A model generated the notes under the pieces. That model ran no database searches. It was not told the origin of the DNA and was given only the letters and a program-made list of their open reading frames with translations. 17,274 bases of DNA from a virus (Duplodnaviria > Heunggongvirae > Uroviricota > Caudoviricetes): IMG/VR virus record IMGVR_UViG_2802429232_000009, one strand, 5' to 3'. This document shows positions 1 through 8,583 of this stretch, in pieces; positions within the stretch are counted from its first letter, which is position 1, and every line of letters starts with the position of its first letter. The translations under genes and the position numbers were made by a program.

Positions 1-1152
1 CTAATTAGAACAGTCAAACCAATTGCTAATTACAGTTTCAAACTTGTGAGTAACTTGCCACCATAAATAATTTTCTAGGACAAATTGTTTTCCGTGATGG
101 GCAATACTAAGTAAATCAGGATTGTTAAGTGTTTTTTCTATATCCACAGCAATCGTTTCTGGTGTCATCGGCTCTTGCAGGTGATAGCCAGTATCTTTAT
201 CTTTTACAAATTCTATCATTCCACCTCGAGTACTCACCAGTACAGGTTTACCTGCGCTCATAGCTTCTATTGCCACCATACAAAATGGCTCCTGAAATTG
301 AGATGGAATAACAACTAAATCAGCCAAAGAATAATAGCGATGCATTTCCTCAGGAGCGACACCTCCTAACATATGGCAGTGTGAACCTAGTTGTTTTGCT
401 AATTCTCGAATTTTCTGTTGGTAAATTCCTTTTTCCCCCTTACTTTTGCTCGCATAATCCCCTATAACAACCAGTTCTATATCATCACGGGTTCTGATGA
501 GTAGTTCAAACGCCTGTAAAAGTAACATCAATCCTTTTTCAGGAGATATTCTTCCCGCATAAAATACAATCTTCTTTTCAGGGGGTATGTTCAGTTCAGA
601 ACTGTTGATTTTTACATGGTGCTTATCCGTATTATATGGATCTGTTCCATTTGGGACTATAGCGATATCTGCATCAGGAAGAAACCCCTGATAATAGTCT
701 TTTAAATAGTTACTGGGGACGAGCATTTTGACATTATCATCCATTCCTTTTGGCTCATAAGCGTTATGCATATGCATCACTATTTTTGCATGAGGTGAAC
801 GCTCACGAATCTGGCGATATAATTTCATGCTATTATGTACAACGATTACACTGTTATCCGTAATATTGAAATCGTTAGCGATATTCAAAATTCGTTGAGA
901 ATAAGGCAGGGGATCTATACGCGTCAATTTCTGAAATATGCGTTTATAAATTCGACTGAACCCGATGCGATGAATTGAGCATCGTTCACTGACAGTGGTG
1001 ATATCAGAATAACCTTCTTCTTTTATACAAACAATTCTATTCGGTATTCTTGTCATCTTAGCAACCTGATAAATCCAGGTTTCTACAGCAGCTGCGCAAC
1101 GTGGAGGAATGGAAAAAATTGGCGTAACAGTGAAAATTATTTTATCAACCAT
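1..1152 (-). CDS. Glycosyltransferase, GT-B fold, family 4-like (383 aa, complete)
   Basis: ATG at 1152..1150 preceded by an AAAGGA Shine-Dalgarno; stop TAG at 3..1. The C-terminal half carries the GT4-type EX7E region (VVIPSQFQEPFCMVAIEAMSAGKPVLVSTRGGMIEF). Markedly more AT-rich than the tail genes by eye. Specific sugar and acceptor not determinable. Confidence 0.8.
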   Translation of the reverse strand: MVDKIIFTVTPIFSIPPRCAAAVETWIYQVAKMTRIPNRIVCIKEEGYSDITTVSERCSIHRIGFSRIYKRIFQKLTRIDPLPYSQRILNIANDFNITDNSVIVVHNSMKLYRQIRERSPHAKIVMHMHNAYEPKGMDDNVKMLVPSNYLKDYYQGFLPDADIAIVPNGTDPYNTDKHHVKINSSELNIPPEKKIVFYAGRISPEKGLMLLLQAFELLIRTRDDIELVVIGDYASKSKGEKGIYQQKIRELAKQLGSHCHMLGGVAPEEMHRYYSLADLVVIPSQFQEPFCMVAIEAMSAGKPVLVSTRGGMIEFVKDKDTGYHLQEPMTPETIAVDIEKTLNNPDLLSIAHHGKQFVLENYLWWQVTHKFETVISNWFDCSN

Positions 1153-1638
1153 GACGTATTATCCTTTCTATTGTTATTTTGCGTTATTGAATTTTTATAA
1201 GCAAATGAGGAATCAGTGTATATGCATAGTATGTGAATGTTATCCTACTTAAGCCTCTATCTTTATGGTGTGCCAGCGGCAACGTGTTATCTGACTCATT
1301 TTTATTAGTGATAACCTTACTTTTCCAGAGGAGTGAGATAGTAAACACGCTGTTTCCTCGCATCGTCTATGAGGGTATCAAAAGGACAAACTATATTTGA
1401 AGTGATTTATAACGCAATATATTTATGTTTAAAAATCACTTTTTATTCTTCGCGTGAATGTTTTGTTTGGGACAATATTTTTTATAAATATGTTATAGTC
1501 TAATTCTATATAGCCAAGCGGAATAATTCTCCATTTTCGGTCAGACCTTTCGGGGTAAGGCGCAGAAGCCATTTTCTCTGTCTGACTGTGCTTGCACCGG
1601 GGAGGTGTCCGTATAGGCTATTTAGCGTATATAAGGAA

Positions 1639-1655
1639 CCGGGCATTGTGCCCGG
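1639..1655 (-). terminator. Perfect hairpin (CCGGGCA-TTG-TGCCCGG) 6 nt past the last tail-operon stop; candidate operon-end terminator
   Basis: 7-bp perfect stem with 3-nt loop read directly. On the minus-strand RNA it is followed by UUCCUUAUAU, only moderately U-rich, so termination efficiency is uncertain. Confidence 0.4.
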
Positions 1656-1661
1656 TGTGAT

Positions 1662-2117
1662 TTAAGGATGGGATTGCCAGCTACTTACTAAGGCATACAA
1701 GTGATTTGGTGAGTATCGCCAGCTATCTTTTAATTGCAGGAATTCAGCACAAAATTCACTGCAAAACAGGCGATCGCACTGTTCTTTATTGCCGGTGATA
1801 ATTCCTAAGGCTCCGCGCCAGTCGTATTTTTTGCCATCATGTTTATGGAAAAACGTTTCCACGTCCTGAAGGCAGGCCTGGAGCGGCAGCATATCCCACT
1901 TATCTGGCGGTAAAGGCATTATCTTTCCCCGAACGCCGCGATCGCGTAGTGATGCAGAGTAACAAAGGTAACTCTTTTCACCATGCTTAACGGCTAATTC
2001 ACAGTGGGAATAACTACCACGTGTCACTTTACGGGTAAACCAGTCAGCCAGTCGGGCAATACCACGGTGCTCTGTTCGGCCCTTATAACAAGCGAGCCAG
2101 ACAGTGGTTTTACTCAT
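1662..2117 (-). CDS. Hypothetical protein (151 aa), last gene of the tail operon; function unknown
   Basis: ATG at 2117..2115 overlaps the TGA of the upstream Tfa gene (ATGA overlap), implying translational coupling. Contains several Cys/His (WLACYKG, YSHCEL, CSEFCAEF) but no family I can name with confidence. Confidence 0.6.
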   Translation of the reverse strand: MSKTTVWLACYKGRTEHRGIARLADWFTRKVTRGSYSHCELAVKHGEKSYLCYSASLRDRGVRGKIMPLPPDKWDMLPLQACLQDVETFFHKHDGKKYDWRGALGIITGNKEQCDRLFCSEFCAEFLQLKDSWRYSPNHLYALVSSWQSHP

Positions 2118-2821
2118 GGTTGCCAGCCTGTGGAGTAATCGTAGTCGAGCACCGCCTGAATATCGTCCAGTGCTTCCACCGCCGCGATATGGTGCTGAGC
2201 GTTGGCGAATAAGCGCATATCGTGATCCATTGTTACCGATTCAAACTGGGCGGCGATTTCGTTGGTTAACTCGATCAGACCGTTATTTTTAGTTTTCCAC
2301 ATTAAACCTGGTGGAATTTTTTTCTCCGCTCCCATTTTTGTGAGTGAGATCTGTTGAATTCGGCTGTTTGTATCACTGTGGAAGTGATGGTCGTTGATGA
2401 TGATGTAGTTGGTTGTGATGGTATCGCGTTGATTTTTGATTGCAGAGTATTTCGCCTCTTTAGCATCGGTTATAGATGGTTGCCATTTTTCACCATCCCA
2501 ACGTTCAAAAGAACCTGATGGGGCAATGATGGTGACAGTTTCAGGTAATTGACCCAATTCTTGAATAATAAGCTGGCTACCATCAACTTTGTTATAAACA
2601 GTTTGCCCGCGATGATCTTCAATGTGCTCCCATTTTTCATTCACCCAAACAGGAGTAAAACCTGAAACCTTTTCGGGTGGTGAATTTAATGTGCAATGAT
2701 TTGGCAAACCTGTATTAGGTGCAATGTATGCATCAGACTCACCGATATATTCTTGGGTGTCTTGTGAAAAATTATAAACAGTCAGTATTTGAGCTTCATC
2801 GGAAAATGTAAAAGTATTCAT
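2114..2821 (-). CDS. Tail fiber assembly protein / chaperone (Tfa, Mu U / P2 G family), 235 aa
   Basis: Immediately downstream of the tail fiber gene with an ATGA start/stop overlap at 2818..2821. The N-terminal region has the Tfa-type pattern ([17 protein letters not shown] ... [10 protein letters not shown] ... WDGEKWQ); the C-terminal 100 aa are divergent. GAGG Shine-Dalgarno present. Confidence 0.8.
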   Translation of the reverse strand: MNTFTFSDEAQILTVYNFSQDTQEYIGESDAYIAPNTGLPNHCTLNSPPEKVSGFTPVWVNEKWEHIEDHRGQTVYNKVDGSQLIIQELGQLPETVTIIAPSGSFERWDGEKWQPSITDAKEAKYSAIKNQRDTITTNYIIINDHHFHSDTNSRIQQISLTKMGAEKKIPPGLMWKTKNNGLIELTNEIAAQFESVTMDHDMRLFANAQHHIAAVEALDDIQAVLDYDYSTGWQP

Positions 2822-4443
2822 GCTAGCCTCACAATATAATTGAATGCGATATTTTTAACGGTGTTTTCGGTATTGCCGGTATTATTAATGGTTATAGAGT
2901 GATTATGGGCCCCAAGTGGAATTGAATGTGAATGGGTACCAATTGAAAGTTCATGTGTATGGCTACCCAATGCGATAGTATGTGCATGGGTACCAATGGC
3001 TGTAGTATGAGAGTGATCACCTACTGCATCGGTATTAACAAAATCATAACGAGAGTCACCGATAGAATCAGCGGTTAGTGCATTGCCACCGTAATCAGCA
3101 TCACCTTTACATGTTATTTGATGTGAATGGCCACCTGTGCTGGTCGACGATTTACTTCCGTGATTGAACGACGATGTTGTCTTAGAGCCAAGATCAGAGG
3201 CAGATACCGTTTTGTTTCCAAAATCAAAAGATGATGTTGCTTTTGTCCCTAAATCCGTACTAGAAATACTGCCCGTATGGTTGTGCGATTTAACCCCATC
3301 CAGTTCAGTAGATAATATATTACGCCCACTGCTGGTTTTCCCTTTAATTATCCATCCACGCATATCAGGGATGACGCCAGACGGATATGCAATTGCCAGT
3401 TTGGGATATGAGGCTTTATTAAATGTCTGACCTGTCATCAGGGCGTAGCCAGAAGGTACAGAATCAGACGGCCAAGGAATAGGCATCCCTACAGGGCAGC
3501 TTTCCGCAGCACTAGCCTTATCATACGCCGCCTTCACCGCACTCGGCGTAGCCGCCTCCGTCGTACTGTTGCTATCCGTCGCATTACTAAGCTTCACAAT
3601 CCCTTTTTGTGTCAGGGTGCCGTCCGGAATACCCGTAATCTGCCCCCAGGGGTGTGTATGACTACCCGCAGCCTTACCGTTCGCCAGGTCATACGCCGCC
3701 TTCACCGCGCTCGGTGTCGCCGCCTCTGTCGTGCTGGTGCTATTGGTCGCATTATTAAGCTTCACAATCCCTTTTTGCGTCAGCGTACCATCCGGTATAT
3801 CAGTAATCTGACTCCAGGTATGACGATGATTTCGAGCCTCAATCATTGCCGCTTTCACCGCTTTTGGCGTAGCCGCTTTGGTTTCGTCATCACTGTCAGT
3901 GGCGTTACTTAACTGCGTAAAGCCTTTTTGCGATAACGTAGCATCAGGGTGATTAGTCGAACGTTCATGTTCATCCAGTTGCGAATCAACATAATCCCGT
4001 GTTGCCAGCACAATACTGGGATCAACGGTGAGCGTTACCGCTGCCGTATTGGAAACTTCCATAATGAGACGAATGCAAACTTGCTTACCGCTGCCGCCGG
4101 GTAATAGCGGTTTATACGACTCCGGGAATTTACCGATAGCAATGAGTTCACCATCGGTATCAAAAACACCGACTTCACGTACATACCAGCCGCCGATATT
4201 TTCTGGCAGTACAAGTTCCGCAATTAACCAGTTAGGATTATTAGGCGCAACTGTTAATGTATTTAAATCACCGCGCCATACTTCATGGCGTAATTTAGTT
4301 TGGCTGACGGTGGGTTCATAATATTGCCCTCCGCTGTCGCCAACAGCCATTTTTTGTAGATGAAGCTGTTTTTTATCCGCCAGGGCATTGGCAATTTTTG
4401 CCATCCCTCTGTCAGTGAGTAGAGTATAAAACTCATTATCCAT
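2818..4443 (-). CDS. Tail fiber protein (541 aa): P2 gpH / Mu S-like N-terminus, tandem repeats, His-x-His-rich C-terminal tip
   Basis: The N-terminal block ([21 protein letters not shown] ... [29 protein letters not shown] ... ATPKAVKAA) is the conserved tail-fiber N-terminal domain of P2/Mu/lambda-type fibers. Three copies of the TLTQKG-x-VKLSNAT...[13 protein letters not shown] repeat follow. The C-terminus has six HxH motifs (HSH, HSH, HAH, HTH, HSH, HNH). GGAG Shine-Dalgarno; ATG at 4443. Confidence 0.9.
   Translation of the reverse strand: MDNEFYTLLTDRGMAKIANALADKKQLHLQKMAVGDSGGQYYEPTVSQTKLRHEVWRGDLNTLTVAPNNPNWLIAELVLPENIGGWYVREVGVFDTDGELIAIGKFPESYKPLLPGGSGKQVCIRLIMEVSNTAAVTLTVDPSIVLATRDYVDSQLDEHERSTNHPDATLSQKGFTQLSNATDSDDETKAATPKAVKAAMIEARNHRHTWSQITDIPDGTLTQKGIVKLNNATNSTSTTEAATPSAVKAAYDLANGKAAGSHTHPWGQITGIPDGTLTQKGIVKLSNATDSNSTTEAATPSAVKAAYDKASAAESCPVGMPIPWPSDSVPSGYALMTGQTFNKASYPKLAIAYPSGVIPDMRGWIIKGKTSSGRNILSTELDGVKSHNHTGSISSTDLGTKATSSFDFGNKTVSASDLGSKTTSSFNHGSKSSTSTGGHSHQITCKGDADYGGNALTADSIGDSRYDFVNTDAVGDHSHTTAIGTHAHTIALGSHTHELSIGTHSHSIPLGAHNHSITINNTGNTENTVKNIAFNYIVRLA
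3514..3945 (-). repeat. In-frame tandem direct repeats of about 168 bp (56 codons) inside the tail fiber gene; two well-conserved copies plus one degenerate copy
   Basis: The 20-mer tcatacgccgccttcaccgc occurs at 3521 and again at 3690 (period about 168 bp), with long near-identical tracts between them. The third, degenerate copy is around 3846..3945. Confidence 0.8.
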
Positions 4444-4445
4444 AA

Positions 4446-5078
4446 TTACTCCGGGTAAATATATGTAATTTCAAGGCTCCATTGCCCTGCTCCGTAATAG
4501 ATTGATGTGTTTTGCTGTACTTCCCGTATCTGGAAAGGTAAAACCGTCGTCAGTTCACCACCATAAAGCGCACAGCCAATAACAGGAATAGCACTTTGGT
4601 TAATGATCCAGACGATTAATGCTTCCAGTTTTGAACGTGTATTTTTATATTCATGAATGAGTTCTACCAGATTATTGAAAAGGTTTTCATCCATGCCTTT
4701 ATCCACCAGCTCTATATCAACCTTAAAAAAATAAGCCTTTCCCTCATATTCAAACCATTCTGAAATAGTTCCTGGTAGAGAAAGTATTTCCAGTACCCGC
4801 CGTACCGCCCAAATCGTTCCTTTATATTTATGCAGCTCAATGGCTTGCTTAATTAACTCTCGCTTCTCCCGTTCATCAGTGGTAAATAACCAACCTTCCA
4901 GCCCCTGAACGTGAAATTGTTCTGCAAGGGCAGGTAATGCCGAAGCATCAACTAGGTCTACCAGATAAACCATCAACGCCGTCAGATCGAGTTGGGCAAA
5001 ACGCTCGGCGGCGATATTTGCCAGAGTTGAAAAACGCTCATCGCTGGCAAGCGGCGGTGGCGGCAGCAATTTATCCAT
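4446..5078 (-). CDS. Baseplate/tail protein, P2 gpI / Mu gp48-like (about 210 aa)
   Basis: Position between the gpJ-like and tail fiber genes. I prefer the ATG at 5078..5076 (GGAG Shine-Dalgarno 9 nt upstream; overlaps the TAA of the upstream gene) over the TTG at 5093 used in the ORF track. Confidence 0.75.
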   Translation of the reverse strand: MDKLLPPPPLASDERFSTLANIAAERFAQLDLTALMVYLVDLVDASALPALAEQFHVQGLEGWLFTTDEREKRELIKQAIELHKYKGTIWAVRRVLEILSLPGTISEWFEYEGKAYFFKVDIELVDKGMDENLFNNLVELIHEYKNTRSKLEALIVWIINQSAIPVIGCALYGGELTTVLPFQIREVQQNTSIYYGAGQWSLEITYIYPE

Positions 5079-6186
5079 CGCTGACTCCGGCAATCGTGAC
5101 GTCTATCGCGGTGCATTCCGCCCACTCATGCGCCTGCAAAATACGTTTTGTGGGCATGTTCAGCACAACGTCATAGACGCCATCGACCTGCAATACTTTG
5201 ATTATCTGGTTTGGCACAATGTCCTGTCCCAGATGTGTCTGCCGCTGTTGCGTCCAGAGGCTAATCGCTTTACGCGCCGCAGCCAGCGTTGTCTCCTGAT
5301 CGGCAGTGGTAAACAGTGTGAGCTGCGCACGGATCTCATACGGCACCCTAACGGCGCATTTCGCACTTACTTTGTCGGTCAGCGGACGTTTTTTCTCCTT
5401 ACTAACCTCCAGTTCAATTTGCGCGAGCAGTTCCACGCCCGGCAGACCATTCAGCGTTAGCGGGTAGATCTCCACGCAGCCTTCTGGTAATCCTTCGTCC
5501 GGCCCCAGGACCGCAACGTCAATAATCGACTGGCTTACGGAAAGCGTATGAAAGCGGTAGGCACCATAGCTACCCGCATTACTGAAACTTTCCGGCGCCA
5601 GTTGGATCCGTTGGCGCAGTGCGTCATCACTCTCTTCACCGCAGCCGCCCGTTGAAGCAGTCAGGTTGGTTACGTTGATATCGTAATAACCAATCCTGTC
5701 AACAAGGGCGCTAATTTGTGCAGGCTGCCAGCCATTGCCCGCTTCGCCTGTTGTCAGACTGGTGGCGGGAACGGCGATATGCAAACTTCCCGCCGGAATC
5801 AGAACATCTTCATCGGTAGCAAACATCACGCTGTCAGAGGCGCTGGCTCGTGTTCCTTGGGGGATCAGGATGTTGCTTGTATACGCATTGACTACCGAAA
5901 ACTGCAACGTCGTTTTTGCTGGCTGCGCAGGTAAGCGGTGAACGCCCACCAGTTCCCCTAAATAATCCAGCATTGGCGCGCGGGAATACGCGACCAGGTT
6001 CTGTTTCGCCGCTTCCTGAATGGCGATGCGTACAAGGTTTTCACGATAGGCAAAAAGGTCAATCAGCAACCGCTCGGCCTGTGCCGGGTAGAGCTTTTTG
6101 CCGCTGGCATCTTCGTACTGCGCAATCATCTCGCTGGTAATTTGCGCAGGATCGCGGTCAATAAAATTGGGTTCGGCTATCGCCAT
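5071..6186 (-). CDS. Baseplate wedge protein, P2 gpJ / Mu gp47-like (371 aa)
   Basis: Size and synteny (gpW-like, gpJ-like, gpI-like, fiber). GGAGGTG Shine-Dalgarno; 10-nt overlap with the upstream gpW-like gene. Confidence 0.85.
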   Translation of the reverse strand: MAIAEPNFIDRDPAQITSEMIAQYEDASGKKLYPAQAERLLIDLFAYRENLVRIAIQEAAKQNLVAYSRAPMLDYLGELVGVHRLPAQPAKTTLQFSVVNAYTSNILIPQGTRASASDSVMFATDEDVLIPAGSLHIAVPATSLTTGEAGNGWQPAQISALVDRIGYYDINVTNLTASTGGCGEESDDALRQRIQLAPESFSNAGSYGAYRFHTLSVSQSIIDVAVLGPDEGLPEGCVEIYPLTLNGLPGVELLAQIELEVSKEKKRPLTDKVSAKCAVRVPYEIRAQLTLFTTADQETTLAAARKAISLWTQQRQTHLGQDIVPNQIIKVLQVDGVYDVVLNMPTKRILQAHEWAECTAIDVTIAGVSDG

Positions 6187-6536
6187 AACACCTCCGTTGA
6201 GTTGATTACGCCGTCAGCGGTGCGCCATTGCACACGTAACGTCAGATGTTCCCCGTCGATTACCGGTGTCACCTTCAGCAACCGGCAGCGCGCTTCCCAC
6301 TGGCGAATGGCCTCTACCGACTCCCGTACCACATGCGGGATCGCCCGCTCGATGGGATAATCGATGTAGTGCCACAAGTTGCTACCAAACAGCGGTCTGT
6401 GGGGATCACTGCCGCGCGGTGTGCGCAGAATGATGTGTATTGCCTGGTGAATATCATCCAGTCCGCAGACGTATTCTTCAGGCCGCTGCAAGGCGGGTTG
6501 CCAGTGCAGCGTAGAGGGGCGTGTTTTCGTGTTCAT
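6177..6536 (-). CDS. Baseplate protein, P2 gpW / T4 gp25 / Mu gp46-like (119 aa)
   Basis: Motif LDDIHQAIHIILRTPRGSDPHRPLFGSNLWHYIDYP matches the conserved gpW/gp25 core. Weak Shine-Dalgarno. Preceded by a 98-bp gap containing a terminator. Confidence 0.8.
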   Translation of the reverse strand: MNTKTRPSTLHWQPALQRPEEYVCGLDDIHQAIHIILRTPRGSDPHRPLFGSNLWHYIDYPIERAIPHVVRESVEAIRQWEARCRLLKVTPVIDGEHLTLRVQWRTADGVINSTEVLWR

Positions 6537-6597
6537 GAGGGCATTTTCGCCCTGAACAGGCGGAGGAGATATTAAAGCGGTTTAGAAAACTGGTTGA

Positions 6598-6629
6598 TTA
6601 AAAAGAGAAAACCCGCCATCAGGCGGGTT
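6598..6629 (-). terminator. Intrinsic (rho-independent) terminator for leftward transcription, inside the tail operon
   Basis: Perfect 8-bp GC-rich stem (6610..6617 pairs with 6622..6629) and 4-nt loop, followed on the minus-strand RNA by UUCUCUUUUU. Starts 6 nt after the spike gene stop (6635). Not a terminator on the plus strand. Confidence 0.65.
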
Positions 6630-6634
6630 AAAAG

Positions 6635-7336
6635 TCAGTGTGAATGGTGGTTGGAGTTGCCACCGCTGTCCTGCAATGTGCCGCTGGCCTGCACGTTACC
6701 AATCACGTTGACATTGCCGGTTATCGTGGCGGCATTACCGATGCCTCCACTTCCTGCCATGCCACCCAGCCAGGTCAGTTTTTTCATCACCGTTACGTTG
6801 CCGGTAAAGGTACTGAGCGGTGCGTCTACCGTTACAGTCATCGCTTTAACATCCACCTTACTGGCTTCAATGCTGACATCGGTGGCTTTCACATCAACAG
6901 TGTCGGAAGTCACGGTGACGTGTTGGGCTTTAACCTCAACGTTGGGCGATGTCAGGCGGGTACGGTCGATAACCTCAATCACGATTTTTTCAATGCCGCC
7001 ATTAATCGTAAGCTGGTGGGTGCTGCGGTCATATTCAAACGCTGCGCCATCGGAAAACTGGACATACCTTTTATCGCGCGATGCTACTGGCGCGGTATCT
7101 ACCGTTGAATATACTGCGCCCAGCACTACTCCATCTTCACCGTTATCATCCAGCAGAACTTCCACCTGCTCTCCCATATCCGGTAGCCAGTAGTCTTTAT
7201 TGTCCTGAGAATTGCGCTGCAGCACCGCAAGCCAGTTACTCTTCAGATTGTCACACTCTGGTAGCGTGACCCGCACCCGAACGCTGGTTTCGTCAATATC
7301 ACTGATAATCCCCGTTTGCCGGGTTACTCCTTTCAT
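6635..7336 (-). CDS. Baseplate central spike, P2 gpV / Mu gp45-like (233 aa)
   Basis: Strong AAGGAGG Shine-Dalgarno. N-terminal OB-fold-like region and repetitive beta-rich C-terminal half (VTV/VDV repeats) ending in a His cluster (NSNHHSH). Position after the gpD-like gene. Confidence 0.8.
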   Translation of the reverse strand: MKGVTRQTGIISDIDETSVRVRVTLPECDNLKSNWLAVLQRNSQDNKDYWLPDMGEQVEVLLDDNGEDGVVLGAVYSTVDTAPVASRDKRYVQFSDGAAFEYDRSTHQLTINGGIEKIVIEVIDRTRLTSPNVEVKAQHVTVTSDTVDVKATDVSIEASKVDVKAMTVTVDAPLSTFTGNVTVMKKLTWLGGMAGSGGIGNAATITGNVNVIGNVQASGTLQDSGGNSNHHSH

Positions 7337-7345
7337 ATTGCCTCC

Positions 7346-8386
7346 TTACTGGCTGGTCGCTGGCCCGCGTGAAACGTCGATCTCAGTGGTATAGCCGCTG
7401 CGCACAAAACTGTGAGTAGATTTATCAATCAGCCACTGACCGGAAAGCACACCAAAATCGGTTAGCTCGATTTTATTGCCTGCCGTCAGTTCCGGGCAGC
7501 CCATCATCCTGAGCGTTCCGGTTTGTTGGTATTCGTTGTGGCTGTCGAGCGCGGCGTTGGCCTTTGCTTGTGCCGCGCCAACGTCCGGCGCCCGACTGTT
7601 CAGTTTTAGCGTGTCGGCACTGGTGCCGACTCCACGGGCAGACGGCTTTTGCTGGCTGTCGTGAGTGTAGATAACCAGTTCTTTTTTCTTACTATTTTGA
7701 TGCTGTACGGTGGCGTTTTTGTAGATACGGTTAATGGTATCTTTGAAGGTGAAATGCGAAACGTCTTTGCGGTCGATCTTTTTCACCGGCGCCAGGCAGC
7801 GCAGCGTGGGTAAATGCGAAAAAATCAGCTCTTTGGTGGTCACCTTTAGCGCATAGCCATATTCGCTGGCCAGGCGCTTGATAAATCCAACATCGGTTTC
7901 GCCGTACTGTGTTACCCGGTCAATTGTCAGAGGCTCGATTTTGCCCACCAGCGTCAGGCCGTGAGTTTGCGCGATACGGCTGGCGATGGCTGAAAGCGTT
8001 GTCTCTTCAAAGCCCTGACTATTACGGGTGCGCAGCGCCTGATTGACGGAAGTGGCGATGCCATCAATATTTACCGTGGAAGGTGGTGCTGAAATATCAA
8101 TTTTATCAATGATATATTGACCACAATCGAGCAGTTTTTCCCCCTGATAACCCATGTGCAGCGCCAGCGTATCGCCTTTGCCGGGATACCACTCTTTTAT
8201 CCAGCGTCCATCGGTGTCATCCAGTGTAATCGCGATGGTATCCGACTCGTTTTTAATACTGTCGTGATAACTGATACTGGTGACATAGGGCGTGATGTCA
8301 TAAGTGATATCTTTATGCCCATACCAGAGGGTAAAAATGGGCGCGAGCGTGGCAAAGACGCCGCCAGTTACGCTTATCTCAGCCAT
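7346..8386 (-). CDS. Tail/baseplate hub protein, P2 gpD / Mu P (gp44)-like (346 aa)
   Basis: Size and synteny (gpU-like, gpX-like, gpD-like, gpV-like). GGAG Shine-Dalgarno; start overlaps the end of the gpX-like gene by 13 nt. Confidence 0.8.
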   Translation of the reverse strand: MAEISVTGGVFATLAPIFTLWYGHKDITYDITPYVTSISYHDSIKNESDTIAITLDDTDGRWIKEWYPGKGDTLALHMGYQGEKLLDCGQYIIDKIDISAPPSTVNIDGIATSVNQALRTRNSQGFEETTLSAIASRIAQTHGLTLVGKIEPLTIDRVTQYGETDVGFIKRLASEYGYALKVTTKELIFSHLPTLRCLAPVKKIDRKDVSHFTFKDTINRIYKNATVQHQNSKKKELVIYTHDSQQKPSARGVGTSADTLKLNSRAPDVGAAQAKANAALDSHNEYQQTGTLRMMGCPELTAGNKIELTDFGVLSGQWLIDKSTHSFVRSGYTTEIDVSRGPATSQ

Positions 8387-8583
8387 GGTGGGATCTCCGA
8401 TACGGTTTTGTTGACGGAAATGACTGGAATAATGAGCTGAATACCGGAAGGCAGTACCGGATAAATGGCGACATGTGGATTGGCGGCGATAATGCGTTCG
8501 TAAGCCAGTGCATCACCGTAGTAATGCCATGCCAGATTATCCCAGCGTTCGCCGTCGGTGGTGATATGTTCAAGGTATCGCAT
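8374..8583 (-). CDS. Small tail protein, P2 gpX-like (LysM-like fold), 69 aa
   Basis: GAGGAG Shine-Dalgarno. TAATG stop/start overlap with the upstream gene at 8583..8585. Motif YGD..AYERIIAANPHVAIYPVLPSGIQLIIP resembles tail protein X. Sits between the gpU-like and gpD-like genes as in R-type tailocin loci. Confidence 0.65.
   Translation of the reverse strand: MRYLEHITTDGERWDNLAWHYYGDALAYERIIAANPHVAIYPVLPSGIQLIIPVISVNKTVSEIPPWLR

Noticed and set aside
1369-1503. 44-codon plus-strand ORF in the AT-rich spacer between the glycosyltransferase and the tail operon
   Set aside because: No Shine-Dalgarno; composition is that of the surrounding AT-rich non-coding DNA; nothing suggests function.
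1153-1661. JUMPstart/ops (RfaH antitermination) element upstream of the glycosyltransferase
   Set aside because: Searched by eye for the ops core GGCGGTAG in the orientation of the glycosyltransferase gene and did not find it. The AGCGGCAACGTG at about 1276..1287 is on the wrong strand and a poor match.
2114-4443. Invertible host-range segment (Mu G / P1 C / e14 P type) around the fiber and Tfa genes
   Set aside because: No DNA invertase (gin/pin/cin-like) gene, no inverted alternative fiber or Tfa copies, and no flanking inverted crossover repeats within the window.
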